Shown: one piece after another, positions 1 to 9,621 of the stretch | Position numbering within the stretch: position 1 is the first letter of the stretch | How the letters are laid out: each line of letters opens with the position of its first letter | DNA from: Candidatus Woesearchaeota archaeon | GTDB taxonomy: Archaea > Nanobdellota > Nanobdellia > Woesearchaeales > JAFCFN01 | Direction: 5' to 3' | NCBI GenBank assembly: GCA_017608625.1 | Contig: JAFCFN010000004.1 | Span: 1 to 63,167, forward strand | DNA: 63,167 bases | Notes under the pieces: generated by a model | Seen by the model: the letters and a program-made list of their open reading frames with translations, nothing else | What the model was told of the DNA's origin: nothing | The model's database searches: none | Position numbers and translations under genes: made by a program

Positions 1-2
1 AA

Positions 3-671
3 GCCTTGATAAAAGATCCTAAAAAATATTTAGGTGAAAAATTTAAATTCTATAATTTAGATAATGTAGTTCTAAGGATAGATAAAAAAGATAAGATATA
101 TAAAAATGACAAATTAAGTACACTTTATTTCCTTAAAGGACAAGAATTACATAATAAAGCAGGACATTTGACAGCAATTGGTTATGCTGGAGATATGCAG
201 TTTGATGAAAATAATTATGATGTAAAAAAGGCAATTTTAGAAATACACAAGCAAGGAGGAATTGCACTGGCAGACCATCCTTTCAATACAGCAGCGGGGG
301 GCATGGGAGAAGAGAAATTACTAGAAGTCAAAGACGAATTAGATGGAATAGAAGCATTTAATGCCCAAAATTTTTTGTTTATGAAGAAATATAATAAACA
401 GGCAGATGAATTTTGCGAAAAATATAATATATCAGGCATAGCTGTTCCTGACAGTCACAGAGGAGAGGTAGATTTAGCATGCACCTATTTTCCAAAACAT
501 GTTATCCAGACAGATAATGGAAAAAATTTTATAAATTCATTAAGAAAAGCTATTAAAGAGAAAATATTTTTTAGAGATAAAAAACAAGAGAAATGTCTAC
601 CAGTAAATAAAATTATAACTACTTATTTAATTGAAACCTATATATTACAAAAGATAAGAAAAGCAAAATGA
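3..671 (+). CDS. PHP-domain (polymerase/histidinol phosphatase-like) protein, 5'-partial
   Basis: GGIALADHPF, DGIEAFNA and PDSH motifs; frame is open to the window edge. Confidence 0.75.
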   Translation, partial: ALIKDPKKYLGEKFKFYNLDNVVLRIDKKDKIYKNDKLSTLYFLKGQELHNKAGHLTAIGYAGDMQFDENNYDVKKAILEIHKQGGIALADHPFNTAAGGMGEEKLLEVKDELDGIEAFNAQNFLFMKKYNKQADEFCEKYNISGIAVPDSHRGEVDLACTYFPKHVIQTDNGKNFINSLRKAIKEKIFFRDKKQEKCLPVNKIITTYLIETYILQKIRKAK

Positions 672-1339
672 AATTGTCAATAATTATTCCGGCATATAAT
701 GAAGAAGCTACAATTAGCCATGTGCTTAGAGGTTTAAAATCAAAGGGTTATAAAAACATAGTTGTAGTGGATGATGGGAGTATAGATAAAACTCCTCATA
801 TTGCTAAAAAAGAAGGAGTAAAGTTACATAGTCATATAATAAATAGAGGTTTAGGAGGGGCTTTAGGGACAGGCATAGAAGCAGCTTTATTAGAAAATCC
901 AGACATTATTGTTACTCTTGATGCAGATGGTCAGCATGATCCAAAAGACATTAAAAAGTTAATTAAACCCATAATTAGAGGAGAGGCTGATGTTGTTATT
1001 GGTAGCAGAATGTTAAATCCAAGAGGAATGCCTTTTAGTAAAAGAGTAGCCAATAAAATTGGCAATTTTATAACTTGGTTATTGTTTGGTGTTTATATAT
1101 CTGACTCCCAGAGCGGTTTAAGGGCTTTTAGCAAAAATGCTGCTCAAAAAATAAATATAAAAACAAATGGTATGGAAGTAAGCTCAGAGATTTTAAAAGA
1201 AGCAAAAAGGAATAATTTAAAAATAAAGGAAGTACCTATTAAGACAATATATACCAAATATTCAATTAAAAAAGGCCAGAAGTGGTGGCATGGCTTTAAG
1301 GTTTTAGGTAAGTTAGTATTGAGAAAATTAATGAGGTGA
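668..1339 (+). CDS. GT2 glycosyltransferase, dolichol-phosphate mannose synthase-like
   Basis: IIIPAYNEE, VVVDDGS, DADGQH and DSQSGLRAF motifs. Confidence 0.92.
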   Translation: MKLSIIIPAYNEEATISHVLRGLKSKGYKNIVVVDDGSIDKTPHIAKKEGVKLHSHIINRGLGGALGTGIEAALLENPDIIVTLDADGQHDPKDIKKLIKPIIRGEADVVIGSRMLNPRGMPFSKRVANKIGNFITWLLFGVYISDSQSGLRAFSKNAAQKINIKTNGMEVSSEILKEAKRNNLKIKEVPIKTIYTKYSIKKGQKWWHGFKVLGKLVLRKLMR

Positions 1340-1344
1340 AATAA

Positions 1345-1686
1345 ATGGTTGTAATTACTATTACTCCATTACAGATTGTAGTTGTTTTGTTTGCTTTATT
1401 TGCTTTAAGCAGAGTTATATTTAGACTAAAAGAAAGTAATATCACAAAAAAAGAAGCTTTTTTTTGGAGTCTGGTTTGGATAGCTTTGATTATAGTAGTA
1501 TTTCTGCCTGGAGTAGCTGGTTTTATAGCAGGTATTTTAGGTATTGGAAGAGCAATTGATGTTGTTGTTTATGCAGCGATAATTGTATTATTTTATTTGA
1601 TTTTTAGGATATATGTAAGATTGGAAAAGATAGATCATGAGATTACAACTATTGTAAGGAAGATTGCTATTAGGAAAAGGAAATAA
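1345..1686 (+). CDS. DUF2304-family small membrane protein
   Basis: Three TM segments, LGIGRxxD motif, C-terminal EITxIVRxIA; usual partner downstream of DPM1-like GT2. Confidence 0.8.
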   Translation: MVVITITPLQIVVVLFALFALSRVIFRLKESNITKKEAFFWSLVWIALIIVVFLPGVAGFIAGILGIGRAIDVVVYAAIIVLFYLIFRIYVRLEKIDHEITTIVRKIAIRKRK

Positions 1687-1689
1687 AAC

Positions 1690-2756
1690 ATGAGTTTGAT
1701 TAAGCTGTATAGATTTATTGATAAGTACATTGGAGGCTTTCTTTGTTTAGTCTTAAGTATTTTTTAAATGAAATCAAAAACATTCTTGTCATAAGATTAT
1801 GGACAATTGGAGAAAGTATTTTAACATTGCCGATGATTCATGCATTAAGAAAAAAATTCCCAAAAGCAAAAATTAATGTTTTAGTAACAAAAAGAAGCAA
1901 GGACGTTTTTGTTGGTAATAAAGATATTAATAAAATTATTTTAGTAGGTCTTAGAAATCTAAAGCTATTTAGAACATTTGATGTGGTAATAGATACAGAA
2001 CCTTATCTTAGATTGTCTGCTTTATTATCTTTTTATTTAGGTGAAAGAAGAATTGGATTCAGTCATGGTATCAGATCTTTACTTTATACGGATAAAATTA
2101 AATTTAATGATAAACAGCATGCTGTATTAACCTTTTTAGATTTAAGCAAAGTGGTGGGAGCTTGGTACAAACCTGACAAGCTAATTAAATTGTGGGTATC
2201 TGAGAGAGACAAGAAAATTGTTAAAAATTATCTAAAAAAAATAGGCATCAAAAAAACAGATTTTTTAATTGGTATCTGTCCGGGAGCTGCTGAATCTGCT
2301 AGGCAGAGGATGTGGTCTGCAGAAAGATTTGCTGAGTTGGCTGATAAACTAATTGAGGAATCTAAAGCTAAAATTATCTTTATTGAAAAGAATAAAAATT
2401 TAATTAGAAAAATACAAAGTTTAATGAAGTATAAATCTTTTGATAGTGATGGTTTAAATATTAAACAGATAACTTATTTAATTGAAAATTGTAAATTGTT
2501 TATATCTAATGATACTGGACCTATGCATATCGCAGCTGCGCAAGGTGTTAGGACGATTGGATTATTTGGTCCTAATACCCCTATCAGATATGGACCATAT
2601 GGCAAAGAAAATAGAGCGCTATATCATAAAATTGGATGTTCACCATGTATAAATCCTCATAAAGGAGCTTTTCCGAAATGTTTTAATAAAGAATTCCAAA
2701 AATGTTTAAAGCTAATAAACATTGAGGAAGTTTTATCTTGTTTAAAAAATGATTAA
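1690..2756 (+). CDS. GT9 (ADP-heptose heptosyltransferase-like); N-terminus apparently frameshifted at T6 tract 1760-1765
   Basis: ORF 1743-2756 has ISNDTGPMHIAAAQG and GLFGP; a GT9-like leader MSLIKLYRFIDKYIGGFLC starts at ATG 1690 in another frame. Confidence 0.85.
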
Positions 2757-3750
2757 AAAAATTCTCCTTTTTAAATTAGGAGCAATTGGAGATACTTTGA
2801 TGACCACCCCTTTAATTAGACAACTTAGAAAAAATTTTCCAAAAGCTAAAATTGATTATTTAATTGGAAAAACAGCTTCACAAGTTTTATATGGTAATAT
2901 ATATTTAGATAATATTATCAAGTTTGATGAGCAAATCTTTATTAAAAAGAAATTTTTTAAATGGTTAAAATTAATTAAAAAAATAAGGAAACGAAAATAT
3001 GATTTAATTTTTGTTCTTGATAAGCACTGGATTTTTAACTTAACAGCAAAACTTTTTGGCATATCAAGAAGAGTCGGTTTTGATAGGTTAGGTAATGAAG
3101 GGATTTTTTTAACGGATAGAGTATATTACAGTCCGATAAGACATGAAATCTTTTATTATCTAGATTTATTAAAAATCTTTATAGGCAAGGCTGATTACAA
3201 AGATTGGCAAATGGATTTATTTCTAAATAAGAAAGATTTAACCTTTGCTAATAAAATTTGGAAAGAATATAAATTGGAAGGAAAAAAAGTGATAGGTATC
3301 GCACCAGGTGGCGGAAATCCATTTGATAAGTACAGTTATCTGAGAATATTGCCAATAAATTACTATGCTGATTTGATAAAGAAATTAATCAAAAAAAATT
3401 ATATAATTTTATTTGGAGGAAAGAATGATTTTTACATTGGTGAAAAATTAGAAAAAGATATTAAAAGTAGAAGATTGATTAATTTGATAGGAAAAACTAC
3501 TTTAAAACAAACTGCAGCATTAATGGCTAAATGCAATAATATATATTGCAATGACTCTGGAGCAATGCATATTGCTGCCAGCGTTAATAAAAAAATAAAT
3601 AGTTTTTTTATTGTGACGCATCCAAAAAGAAAAGCCCCTTTATGGAAAGAGAGCAAATATTCTTGGATAAGCAAAAATTATTATTGTTGGAAATGTGAGT
3701 TGTTTGGGAAATATGGATATTATAAAGACAAGGATAAGGAGGAGATTTAG
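2749..3750 (+). CDS. GT9 glycosyltransferase
   Basis: KLGAIGDTLMTTP and CNDSGAMHIAA motifs. Confidence 0.9.
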   Translation: MIKKILLFKLGAIGDTLMTTPLIRQLRKNFPKAKIDYLIGKTASQVLYGNIYLDNIIKFDEQIFIKKKFFKWLKLIKKIRKRKYDLIFVLDKHWIFNLTAKLFGISRRVGFDRLGNEGIFLTDRVYYSPIRHEIFYYLDLLKIFIGKADYKDWQMDLFLNKKDLTFANKIWKEYKLEGKKVIGIAPGGGNPFDKYSYLRILPINYYADLIKKLIKKNYIILFGGKNDFYIGEKLEKDIKSRRLINLIGKTTLKQTAALMAKCNNIYCNDSGAMHIAASVNKKINSFFIVTHPKRKAPLWKESKYSWISKNYYCWKCELFGKYGYYKDKDKEEI

Positions 3751-3772
3751 GGGAAGGATGTAAAAATTAAAA

Positions 3773-5008
3773 ATGAAATTTTTATTTGTAACTGAATATT
3801 TCCCGCCTTTTATTATGGGGGGGGCAGAAATAAGTTTAAAGGTTTTGGTGGACGAACTTGTGAAAAATGGTCATAAGGTTGTAGTTTTAACACCAAATTA
3901 TAGTTCATTCAAAACTGTAATTGAAAAAAGAAGGAATTTAAAGATTACAAGATTTAAGTCTTTTAGAAGCTTTCTATATAAAAAAAAGGAAAAATTATCT
4001 TATAAAATGTATAGAAAAACAAAACCTCTTTTTTACTTACTTCTAAATCAATATGTCAAATATTCCTCTTACGAATTCAAAAAAAATGTTGAAAAGGTTT
4101 TAAAAAATGAAAATTTTGATGTGATTCATGCTAATAATTCAGAATCCATTCTAGCCTTAAATAATGTAAAAACACGTGCCAAAAAAATCGCTCATTTAAG
4201 AGATCTTGGTTTATTTTGCTATAATAGAGGACTAGACAATAACGGCAAACTTTGTTATGGATGTACGCAACAGAACTTAAAGAGTTGTATGGATACTAAT
4301 GGATTTGTTAATAAATTACTATTTACAGATATGAAAAAAAGGATTAATATTCTAAAAAAGCTATCTTCTTTTGATTTGCTAGTTGCAATAAGTAAATTTG
4401 TTAAAGAAAGATATGTTAATATCTTAGGAATCGATGGAAGTAGAATAAAAGTTTTATACAATCCAATATTTAATGATGTTATTTCAAACTTATCTAAAAA
4501 AGAAACAAGGAAATTACTTAAATTACCAAAAGATAAGAAAATCATTCTGTTTGTTGGTAGTTTAACAGAAAAAAAAGGGGCCCATTTAATTCCTAGAACT
4601 GCTAAAAAATTAAAGAACCATCTATTTATTGTGATTGGTGATGGTGTATTAAAGGATTTATTTTTAGAAAATAAGCAAAATAATATAATTTATCTTGGAT
4701 TTTTACCGATTACAAAGATTAAACATTTTTATAAAGCATCAGATATTTTGTTAGTTCCTTCTCTTTGGCATGAACCTTTTGGCAGGGTAGTTTTAGAAGG
4801 TGCGTATAATGGATGTTATGTTATTGGTAGTAATAGAGGGGCTATCCCCGAAGTTATTGATCAGTTAAAATGCGGAGTTTATGTTGAACCTTCTGTTGAG
4901 AATTTTATAAACAAAATAAAGAATTTTAATAGAAAGAAAGTAAAAAAACGAAAATTAAAAGAACTTAATTATTATAAACAATTTATGAATATAATATATA
5001 AAGATTAA
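3773..5008 (+). CDS. GT4 glycosyltransferase
   Basis: GGAE near N-terminus, FVGSLTEKKG, PSLWHEPFGRVVLEG. Confidence 0.92.
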   Translation: MKFLFVTEYFPPFIMGGAEISLKVLVDELVKNGHKVVVLTPNYSSFKTVIEKRRNLKITRFKSFRSFLYKKKEKLSYKMYRKTKPLFYLLLNQYVKYSSYEFKKNVEKVLKNENFDVIHANNSESILALNNVKTRAKKIAHLRDLGLFCYNRGLDNNGKLCYGCTQQNLKSCMDTNGFVNKLLFTDMKKRINILKKLSSFDLLVAISKFVKERYVNILGIDGSRIKVLYNPIFNDVISNLSKKETRKLLKLPKDKKIILFVGSLTEKKGAHLIPRTAKKLKNHLFIVIGDGVLKDLFLENKQNNIIYLGFLPITKIKHFYKASDILLVPSLWHEPFGRVVLEGAYNGCYVIGSNRGAIPEVIDQLKCGVYVEPSVENFINKIKNFNRKKVKKRKLKELNYYKQFMNIIYKD

Positions 5009-5049
5009 AATTTAAATGTTTAATAGACAAATTTTGATATAATTTAAAT

Positions 5050-6117
5050 TTAATCTTGAATTTTAGATGATTTTAATTTTTTAAAATAATCTAAAAAAAC
5101 TTGATATACATCATTAGGTTCTATTTCCATTTCTTTTTTCCTTAATTTTTTATAAATTTTGAGAAAACCGTAATAAGGTTTATAATAAGGAATATAATTT
5201 TTAGGGGTTATTATCATAGCATTATTAGAAAATGGACGTGTACGTTTAGGATCCGGCCCACCTTTAAATAAATTTATTTGAGGAATACAAAATAAGGATG
5301 CTATGTGAGCTAATCCGCTGTCGTTACTTATAAAAAAATTACACCTACTTATTAATGAAATCACTTGCCTTAAGAAAAAGTCCTTTATAAGAATAACATT
5401 TTTAAACATTTTAAAATATTCTTCATATTCTATTTCATCCGGCCCTAGAAAAATTAAAAATTTTACATTTTTAAAATTATTTTTGATTATATTTAACAGT
5501 TTTATCCAATTGTTTATGTTCCATCTTTTCCAAGGCTGGTCTTTTCTAGATCCAGGATGTATGCCAATTATAAAATATTTATTAAGTGAATGTTTTTTCC
5601 AAAAATCATTTGCAAATACCTTCTCATCATTTGTTATTCTATAGACATATTTTAAGTCGTTTTTACGTATATTTAAAAATTTAATTAAATTTAAATTTTC
5701 GTAAACGCTATGTGTATTTTTAATTTCTGGTGAGTATGTTAAAAACCAGCTTATCTTCTTAAACACTCGAAATTTATACTTATGTTGAATTCTTCTCTTT
5801 GCTCCTATTAATTTCATGAATAGAGCAGAAAATATTCCTTGGGACGGATAAATTGTTATTGCGATGTCATAATTATTTAACTTTAATTTTGTTATTAATC
5901 TTTTTACTTCACTGTTCAGAAATAAATCTTTTATAAAAGGATATTTTAAAATAAAGATTTTATTTACAAAAGGTTGATTTTCTAATAAATCTTTTGTTCT
6001 TCTTGGTGCTACTAAGAAATCTATTTTTGTGTTGTATTTCTCTTTGAGCAATTTTATCATTGGAAAAGCCATAATTAAGTTACCAATTCCAGAAAGTGCA
6101 ATTATTAGGATTTTCAT
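5050..6117 (-). CDS. GT9 glycosyltransferase
   Basis: SGIGNLIM, GIHPGS..KRW, ISNDSGLAHIAS. Confidence 0.9.
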   Translation of the reverse strand: MKILIIALSGIGNLIMAFPMIKLLKEKYNTKIDFLVAPRRTKDLLENQPFVNKIFILKYPFIKDLFLNSEVKRLITKLKLNNYDIAITIYPSQGIFSALFMKLIGAKRRIQHKYKFRVFKKISWFLTYSPEIKNTHSVYENLNLIKFLNIRKNDLKYVYRITNDEKVFANDFWKKHSLNKYFIIGIHPGSRKDQPWKRWNINNWIKLLNIIKNNFKNVKFLIFLGPDEIEYEEYFKMFKNVILIKDFFLRQVISLISRCNFFISNDSGLAHIASLFCIPQINLFKGGPDPKRTRPFSNNAMIITPKNYIPYYKPYYGFLKIYKKLRKKEMEIEPNDVYQVFLDYFKKLKSSKIQD

Positions 6118-6139
6118 AAAAACACCAAATTTTAAAAAT

Positions 6140-6811
6140 TTAAATTTTATTTATCTTCTTACCTAAGCCCCCTATTGAGGTTCCATATAAATGAGCAAAA
6201 AATGTTGATGAAGCATCTCTATCATTAAATAAAAATCTTTTCAATATTAAATAAGGACCTAATAATACACTTTTCCAACTTCTCCAAACTTTTATTGTTA
6301 GAATTCTAAAATCATTTTCTTCTAATAAACGCTTAATAGATGCATAATTATAAGGTCTTATATGTGTTGGATCGCTCCAAAAATTCATATTACCGTCGGG
6401 AATAAAGGCTCTTTTATAATAAGGCATTTCTATATAAATATATCCGCCATTTTTTAAAAGCCTATTAAACTCTATCATAAAGCTGTGAGGATTTAGAACA
6501 TGTTCTAATACATGCATACAAAAAATGAAATCAAAAGTTTCCTTCTTAAAAGGCAAATTATCTCCACTAGATTTTTTAAAGTTTATATATTCTGGTAAAA
6601 ATTCTTCTACTTCTCCAATATCTACACCATATAATTTCAAGTCAGGTCTTATTTTATGAATTTCTTTAAGATAAGTTCCTTTTCCGCATCCAACGTCCAA
6701 CACTTTAGAATTTTTTGGTAGTTTTTTTATAATATTTATTAAGAACTTTTTTGAAGGCCTATTTCCTTCTTCATAATTTTTAAAATATTTGTTTTTAAAT
6801 CTTTTCTCCAT
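6140..6811 (-). CDS. Class I SAM-dependent methyltransferase
   Basis: VLDVGCGKG, HVLEHV, LKNGG, DPTH. Confidence 0.9.
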   Translation of the reverse strand: MEKRFKNKYFKNYEEGNRPSKKFLINIIKKLPKNSKVLDVGCGKGTYLKEIHKIRPDLKLYGVDIGEVEEFLPEYINFKKSSGDNLPFKKETFDFIFCMHVLEHVLNPHSFMIEFNRLLKNGGYIYIEMPYYKRAFIPDGNMNFWSDPTHIRPYNYASIKRLLEENDFRILTIKVWRSWKSVLLGPYLILKRFLFNDRDASSTFFAHLYGTSIGGLGKKINKI

Positions 6812-6824
6812 TTTTAATTAGATA

Positions 6825-8384
6825 TCACAAAACTTTAATAATCTTTTCCATAATTTTATTTATAACTTTGTTTTTGTTTTCTGTTTTAACCTTCAAATCA
6901 AAAATATTTTCTATTATCCTCTTTTGGGCGTTTTGGTTTTTCGGTTTGATAAACATTTGCATCTCAAAATAAATCACTCCTCCTACAATTATACAAACCA
7001 CTGCCTCTACCCAAGAATTCAACACTAAAATACTTTTTAACAAAGTTATAATCCCAACAAATACTGACCCAGCAACTAAAGTTTTCCCAAAACTACTCCA
7101 AGGAAGTTTTGCATTTATATATTTTTTTATCCACACTGTGCTAAAGCAAAGCATAATTCCATAGCTAACAAAAGTAGTAACAGCTGCTCCTATTATGCCA
7201 TATTTTGGAATCAAAATAAGATTAAAAATCAAGTTAAACAAAGCAGCAACATAAACAATCTTTGTGTTTATTCTTGGTTTTCCTAGACCATTAATCATAT
7301 TAAAATTGAGCATTGCAAAAGAAAAAAGAATGGTTCCTATTGACAAAATCTGTAAAGCAAGAGAGGCATTTTCATAAACACTACCAAACAACAACCTTAT
7401 TATAATCTTTGGGAAAGAGAACATAATCAATGCAAATGGTAAAATTATGATTAACAAATATCTATAAACATTTTCTATCCCATATCTTAGCCTTTTTCTG
7501 TCTTTTCTAGCCCAAAGTTCAGAAAACATAGGAAAGAATACAGTGCCTATTGCAGCAGAAAAATAAGTTAAGATCCTTGCTGTTGGCAAAGCAACATTAT
7601 ACAAACCTACTTGCTCCAAACCTGAGAAATATGTTAACATAATAGTATCAGTATAACCAAGAATAACCATTCCAGCCATGCCAACAACAACTGGCATTCC
7701 AAATTTGAAAAGTTTTTTAGTTAGTTTTTTGCTAAAATTTGTTTTGATTTTGCAAAACTGGGGAAAAACTTTTTTTGTTAAAACAGGATAAAATATTACA
7801 AAAAGAATAACAGGGTAAAACATATAAGCCAAAGTCGGAGCTAACAAACCTAAATTAAGTCTAAAACCAAAAAAAGCTATAATCAAAATAACTAACATTT
7901 TACTAAAATTAGTAAGTGCCACATATAACATATTCTGAAAACCTTGAAAAGAATAATTCAGAACATCAATAAACACAACGAGAATAAAACCAATAGCTAA
8001 TAATTTAATAATTGAAGAAGAAGCAGAAGAATGAAAATAATGCAAAGATAAATAATCTGCAGACAAAAACAAAATTATTGTAATAAAAACAGCAATAATA
8101 AACTGAAGCAGAGCAACTGTAATGATTGTACTTTTAACCAAATCTTTTTTTTTCTTAACCAAATATTCAGGTATATACTTAACAAGAGCTTGTCCTAAAC
8201 CAAGTCCTCTGAATGTGGTAATTAAACCAACCAAAGTTAACACAGCATAAAACAACCCATACTCCTCTACTGTTAAATTCCTAGCAAACAAAATCCTAAC
8301 TAAATATCCAAGAAAACCAGCAAGAATAGAAAAAATAAATACTGTAGCAGCTCCTCTGACAGCTCTTCTTGTGTAATTGACCAT
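6825..8384 (-). CDS. Wzx-type oligosaccharide flippase
   Basis: About 14 TM segments; ARNLTVEEYG, TDTIML..VGLYNVA, LIPKYGIIGAA. Confidence 0.9.
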   Translation of the reverse strand: MVNYTRRAVRGAATVFIFSILAGFLGYLVRILFARNLTVEEYGLFYAVLTLVGLITTFRGLGLGQALVKYIPEYLVKKKKDLVKSTIITVALLQFIIAVFITIILFLSADYLSLHYFHSSASSSIIKLLAIGFILVVFIDVLNYSFQGFQNMLYVALTNFSKMLVILIIAFFGFRLNLGLLAPTLAYMFYPVILFVIFYPVLTKKVFPQFCKIKTNFSKKLTKKLFKFGMPVVVGMAGMVILGYTDTIMLTYFSGLEQVGLYNVALPTARILTYFSAAIGTVFFPMFSELWARKDRKRLRYGIENVYRYLLIIILPFALIMFSFPKIIIRLLFGSVYENASLALQILSIGTILFSFAMLNFNMINGLGKPRINTKIVYVAALFNLIFNLILIPKYGIIGAAVTTFVSYGIMLCFSTVWIKKYINAKLPWSSFGKTLVAGSVFVGIITLLKSILVLNSWVEAVVCIIVGGVIYFEMQMFIKPKNQNAQKRIIENIFDLKVKTENKNKVINKIMEKIIKVL

Positions 8385-8435
8385 GTCTCTTTAAAACCAA
8401 AAACTATTTAAATAATTATCTGTTCAGAAATACCA

Positions 8436-8564
8436 GACGGCCATAGGAGGCTTGTCCCACCTGGTCCCATTCCGAACCCAGTAACCTTTTAAAGGTTGGG
8501 TAAAAGTGAAATGGCCTTCCGTACTGGAGTGTACTGCATTACGCGGGAAATCCAGTAAGCCGTC
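8436..8564 (+). rRNA. rrf: 5S rRNA with a 22-nt insertion (8482-8503), candidate BHB intron
   Basis: Helix I GACGGC/GCCGTC; loop C CCCATTCCGAAC; AAGTGAAA; helix V TACTGGA/TCCAGTA; TATA-like TTTAAATA about 25 nt upstream. Confidence 0.9.
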
Positions 8565-8621
8565 ACTTTAAATTTCTAGAATCATTTAATTTGTTTTTAT
8601 CAATACATCTTCATAATGCTT

Positions 8622-8735
8622 TGTTGTATAATACAACACTTTTCTTTAATTTACTCTTATTTGTTATATCATACAACTAAGTTGTATCATACAACAGAAA
8701 GATTTAAATATCAGTTATTTGTTGTATGATATAAA
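8622..8735 (+). promoter_or_regulatory. BRE/TATA promoter (TTTAAATA 8703-8710) with four GTTGTAT-N-ATACAAC operator-like palindromes
   Basis: Copies at 8623-8637, 8663-8677, 8681-8695 and 8721-8735. Confidence 0.8.
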
Positions 8736-9080
8736 ATGAGTGAAACTGAAGATATTTTAATTAATAATGCTAAAGAATACTTTAAAAATGCGCTAGAAGC
8801 TCAAACTAAAAACGAGTTTAATACAGCAGTCACATTATTTTTTAAAGTAATGACTGCATTGTGTGATTTGTTTATTCTTAGAAAAGAAGGCAGTATACCA
8901 ACTTCCTATGCAAATCGATTCAGAATATTGGAAGCAAGATACAAGGAATTATATGATCTGATTGATAAGGATTTTCCTTTTTATCAGGAAAGTTATAAAA
9001 CAAGACTTACTAAAGAGGTTTCTTTGATTTTATTTGAAGATGTTAAAAAAATATCAAAAATCGTTGGGATTGATCTGTAA
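8736..9080 (+). CDS. HEPN-like helical protein (partner of MNT)
   Basis: NAKEYFKNA..AVTLFFK helical pattern, 114 aa, overlaps an MNT gene. Confidence 0.65.
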   Translation: MSETEDILINNAKEYFKNALEAQTKNEFNTAVTLFFKVMTALCDLFILRKEGSIPTSYANRFRILEARYKELYDLIDKDFPFYQESYKTRLTKEVSLILFEDVKKISKIVGIDL

Positions 9081-9621
9081 TAAATTTAAAAGAAAACACA
9101 AGGATATCATAGATATAGTTCTTTATGGTTCTTTGGTAAAGGGAAAAATAAAATCAAGAGATATTGATATAATGGTTATTTTTTTGAATACTGAACTAAA
9201 AACACGTCTAGAAATTATACAAGAGCTTAAAAGACAATTACGCGTTTCTTTAGAAAATGTTGATGTAAAGTCCATGAATTTTTCTGATTTTTTTGATCCT
9301 ACTTTTCTTGCGAGACAGGGAATTTTAATCGAAGGAATAAGCTTGATCGATAAAAAGAGCTTAGCAGAAAAATTAGGATTTAAAAGTTATGCCATATTTA
9401 CTTATAATCTTGCTAATTTATCCCATACTGAGAAAATAAAATTCAATTATGCATTAAATGGTAGAAAAGGGACAGGTGTTTTACAAAATTTAAAAGGAAT
9501 GTCCTTGGGAAAAGGGGTGGTTCAAGTACCAATCACAACTAGTTTAACTTTTGAAGAATTTTTAGAAAAATGGAACATTCAATATAAAATTAAGCACGCC
9601 CTGATATCTTTTTATGTTTGA
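9034..9621 (+). CDS. Minimal nucleotidyltransferase (MNT) fused to a C-terminal 'YALxGR' domain
   Basis: LYGSLVKGK..RDIDI motif plus an extra ~75-aa C-terminal domain. Confidence 0.85.
   Translation: MKMLKKYQKSLGLICNKFKRKHKDIIDIVLYGSLVKGKIKSRDIDIMVIFLNTELKTRLEIIQELKRQLRVSLENVDVKSMNFSDFFDPTFLARQGILIEGISLIDKKSLAEKLGFKSYAIFTYNLANLSHTEKIKFNYALNGRKGTGVLQNLKGMSLGKGVVQVPITTSLTFEEFLEKWNIQYKIKHALISFYV

Noticed and set aside
1740-1790. BHB intron explaining the GT9 frameshift
   Set aside because: No hairpin or BHB geometry; the lesion looks like missing, not extra, sequence.
6825-6960. Unusual hydrophilic C-terminal tail of the flippase
   Set aside because: Could be a recombination scar, but no alternative frame or repeat supports this.
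8622-8735. Repeated palindromes as a mini CRISPR array
   Set aside because: Units are 15 bp with irregular 3-25 bp gaps, there are no cas genes, and they bracket a TATA box, so they fit operators better.
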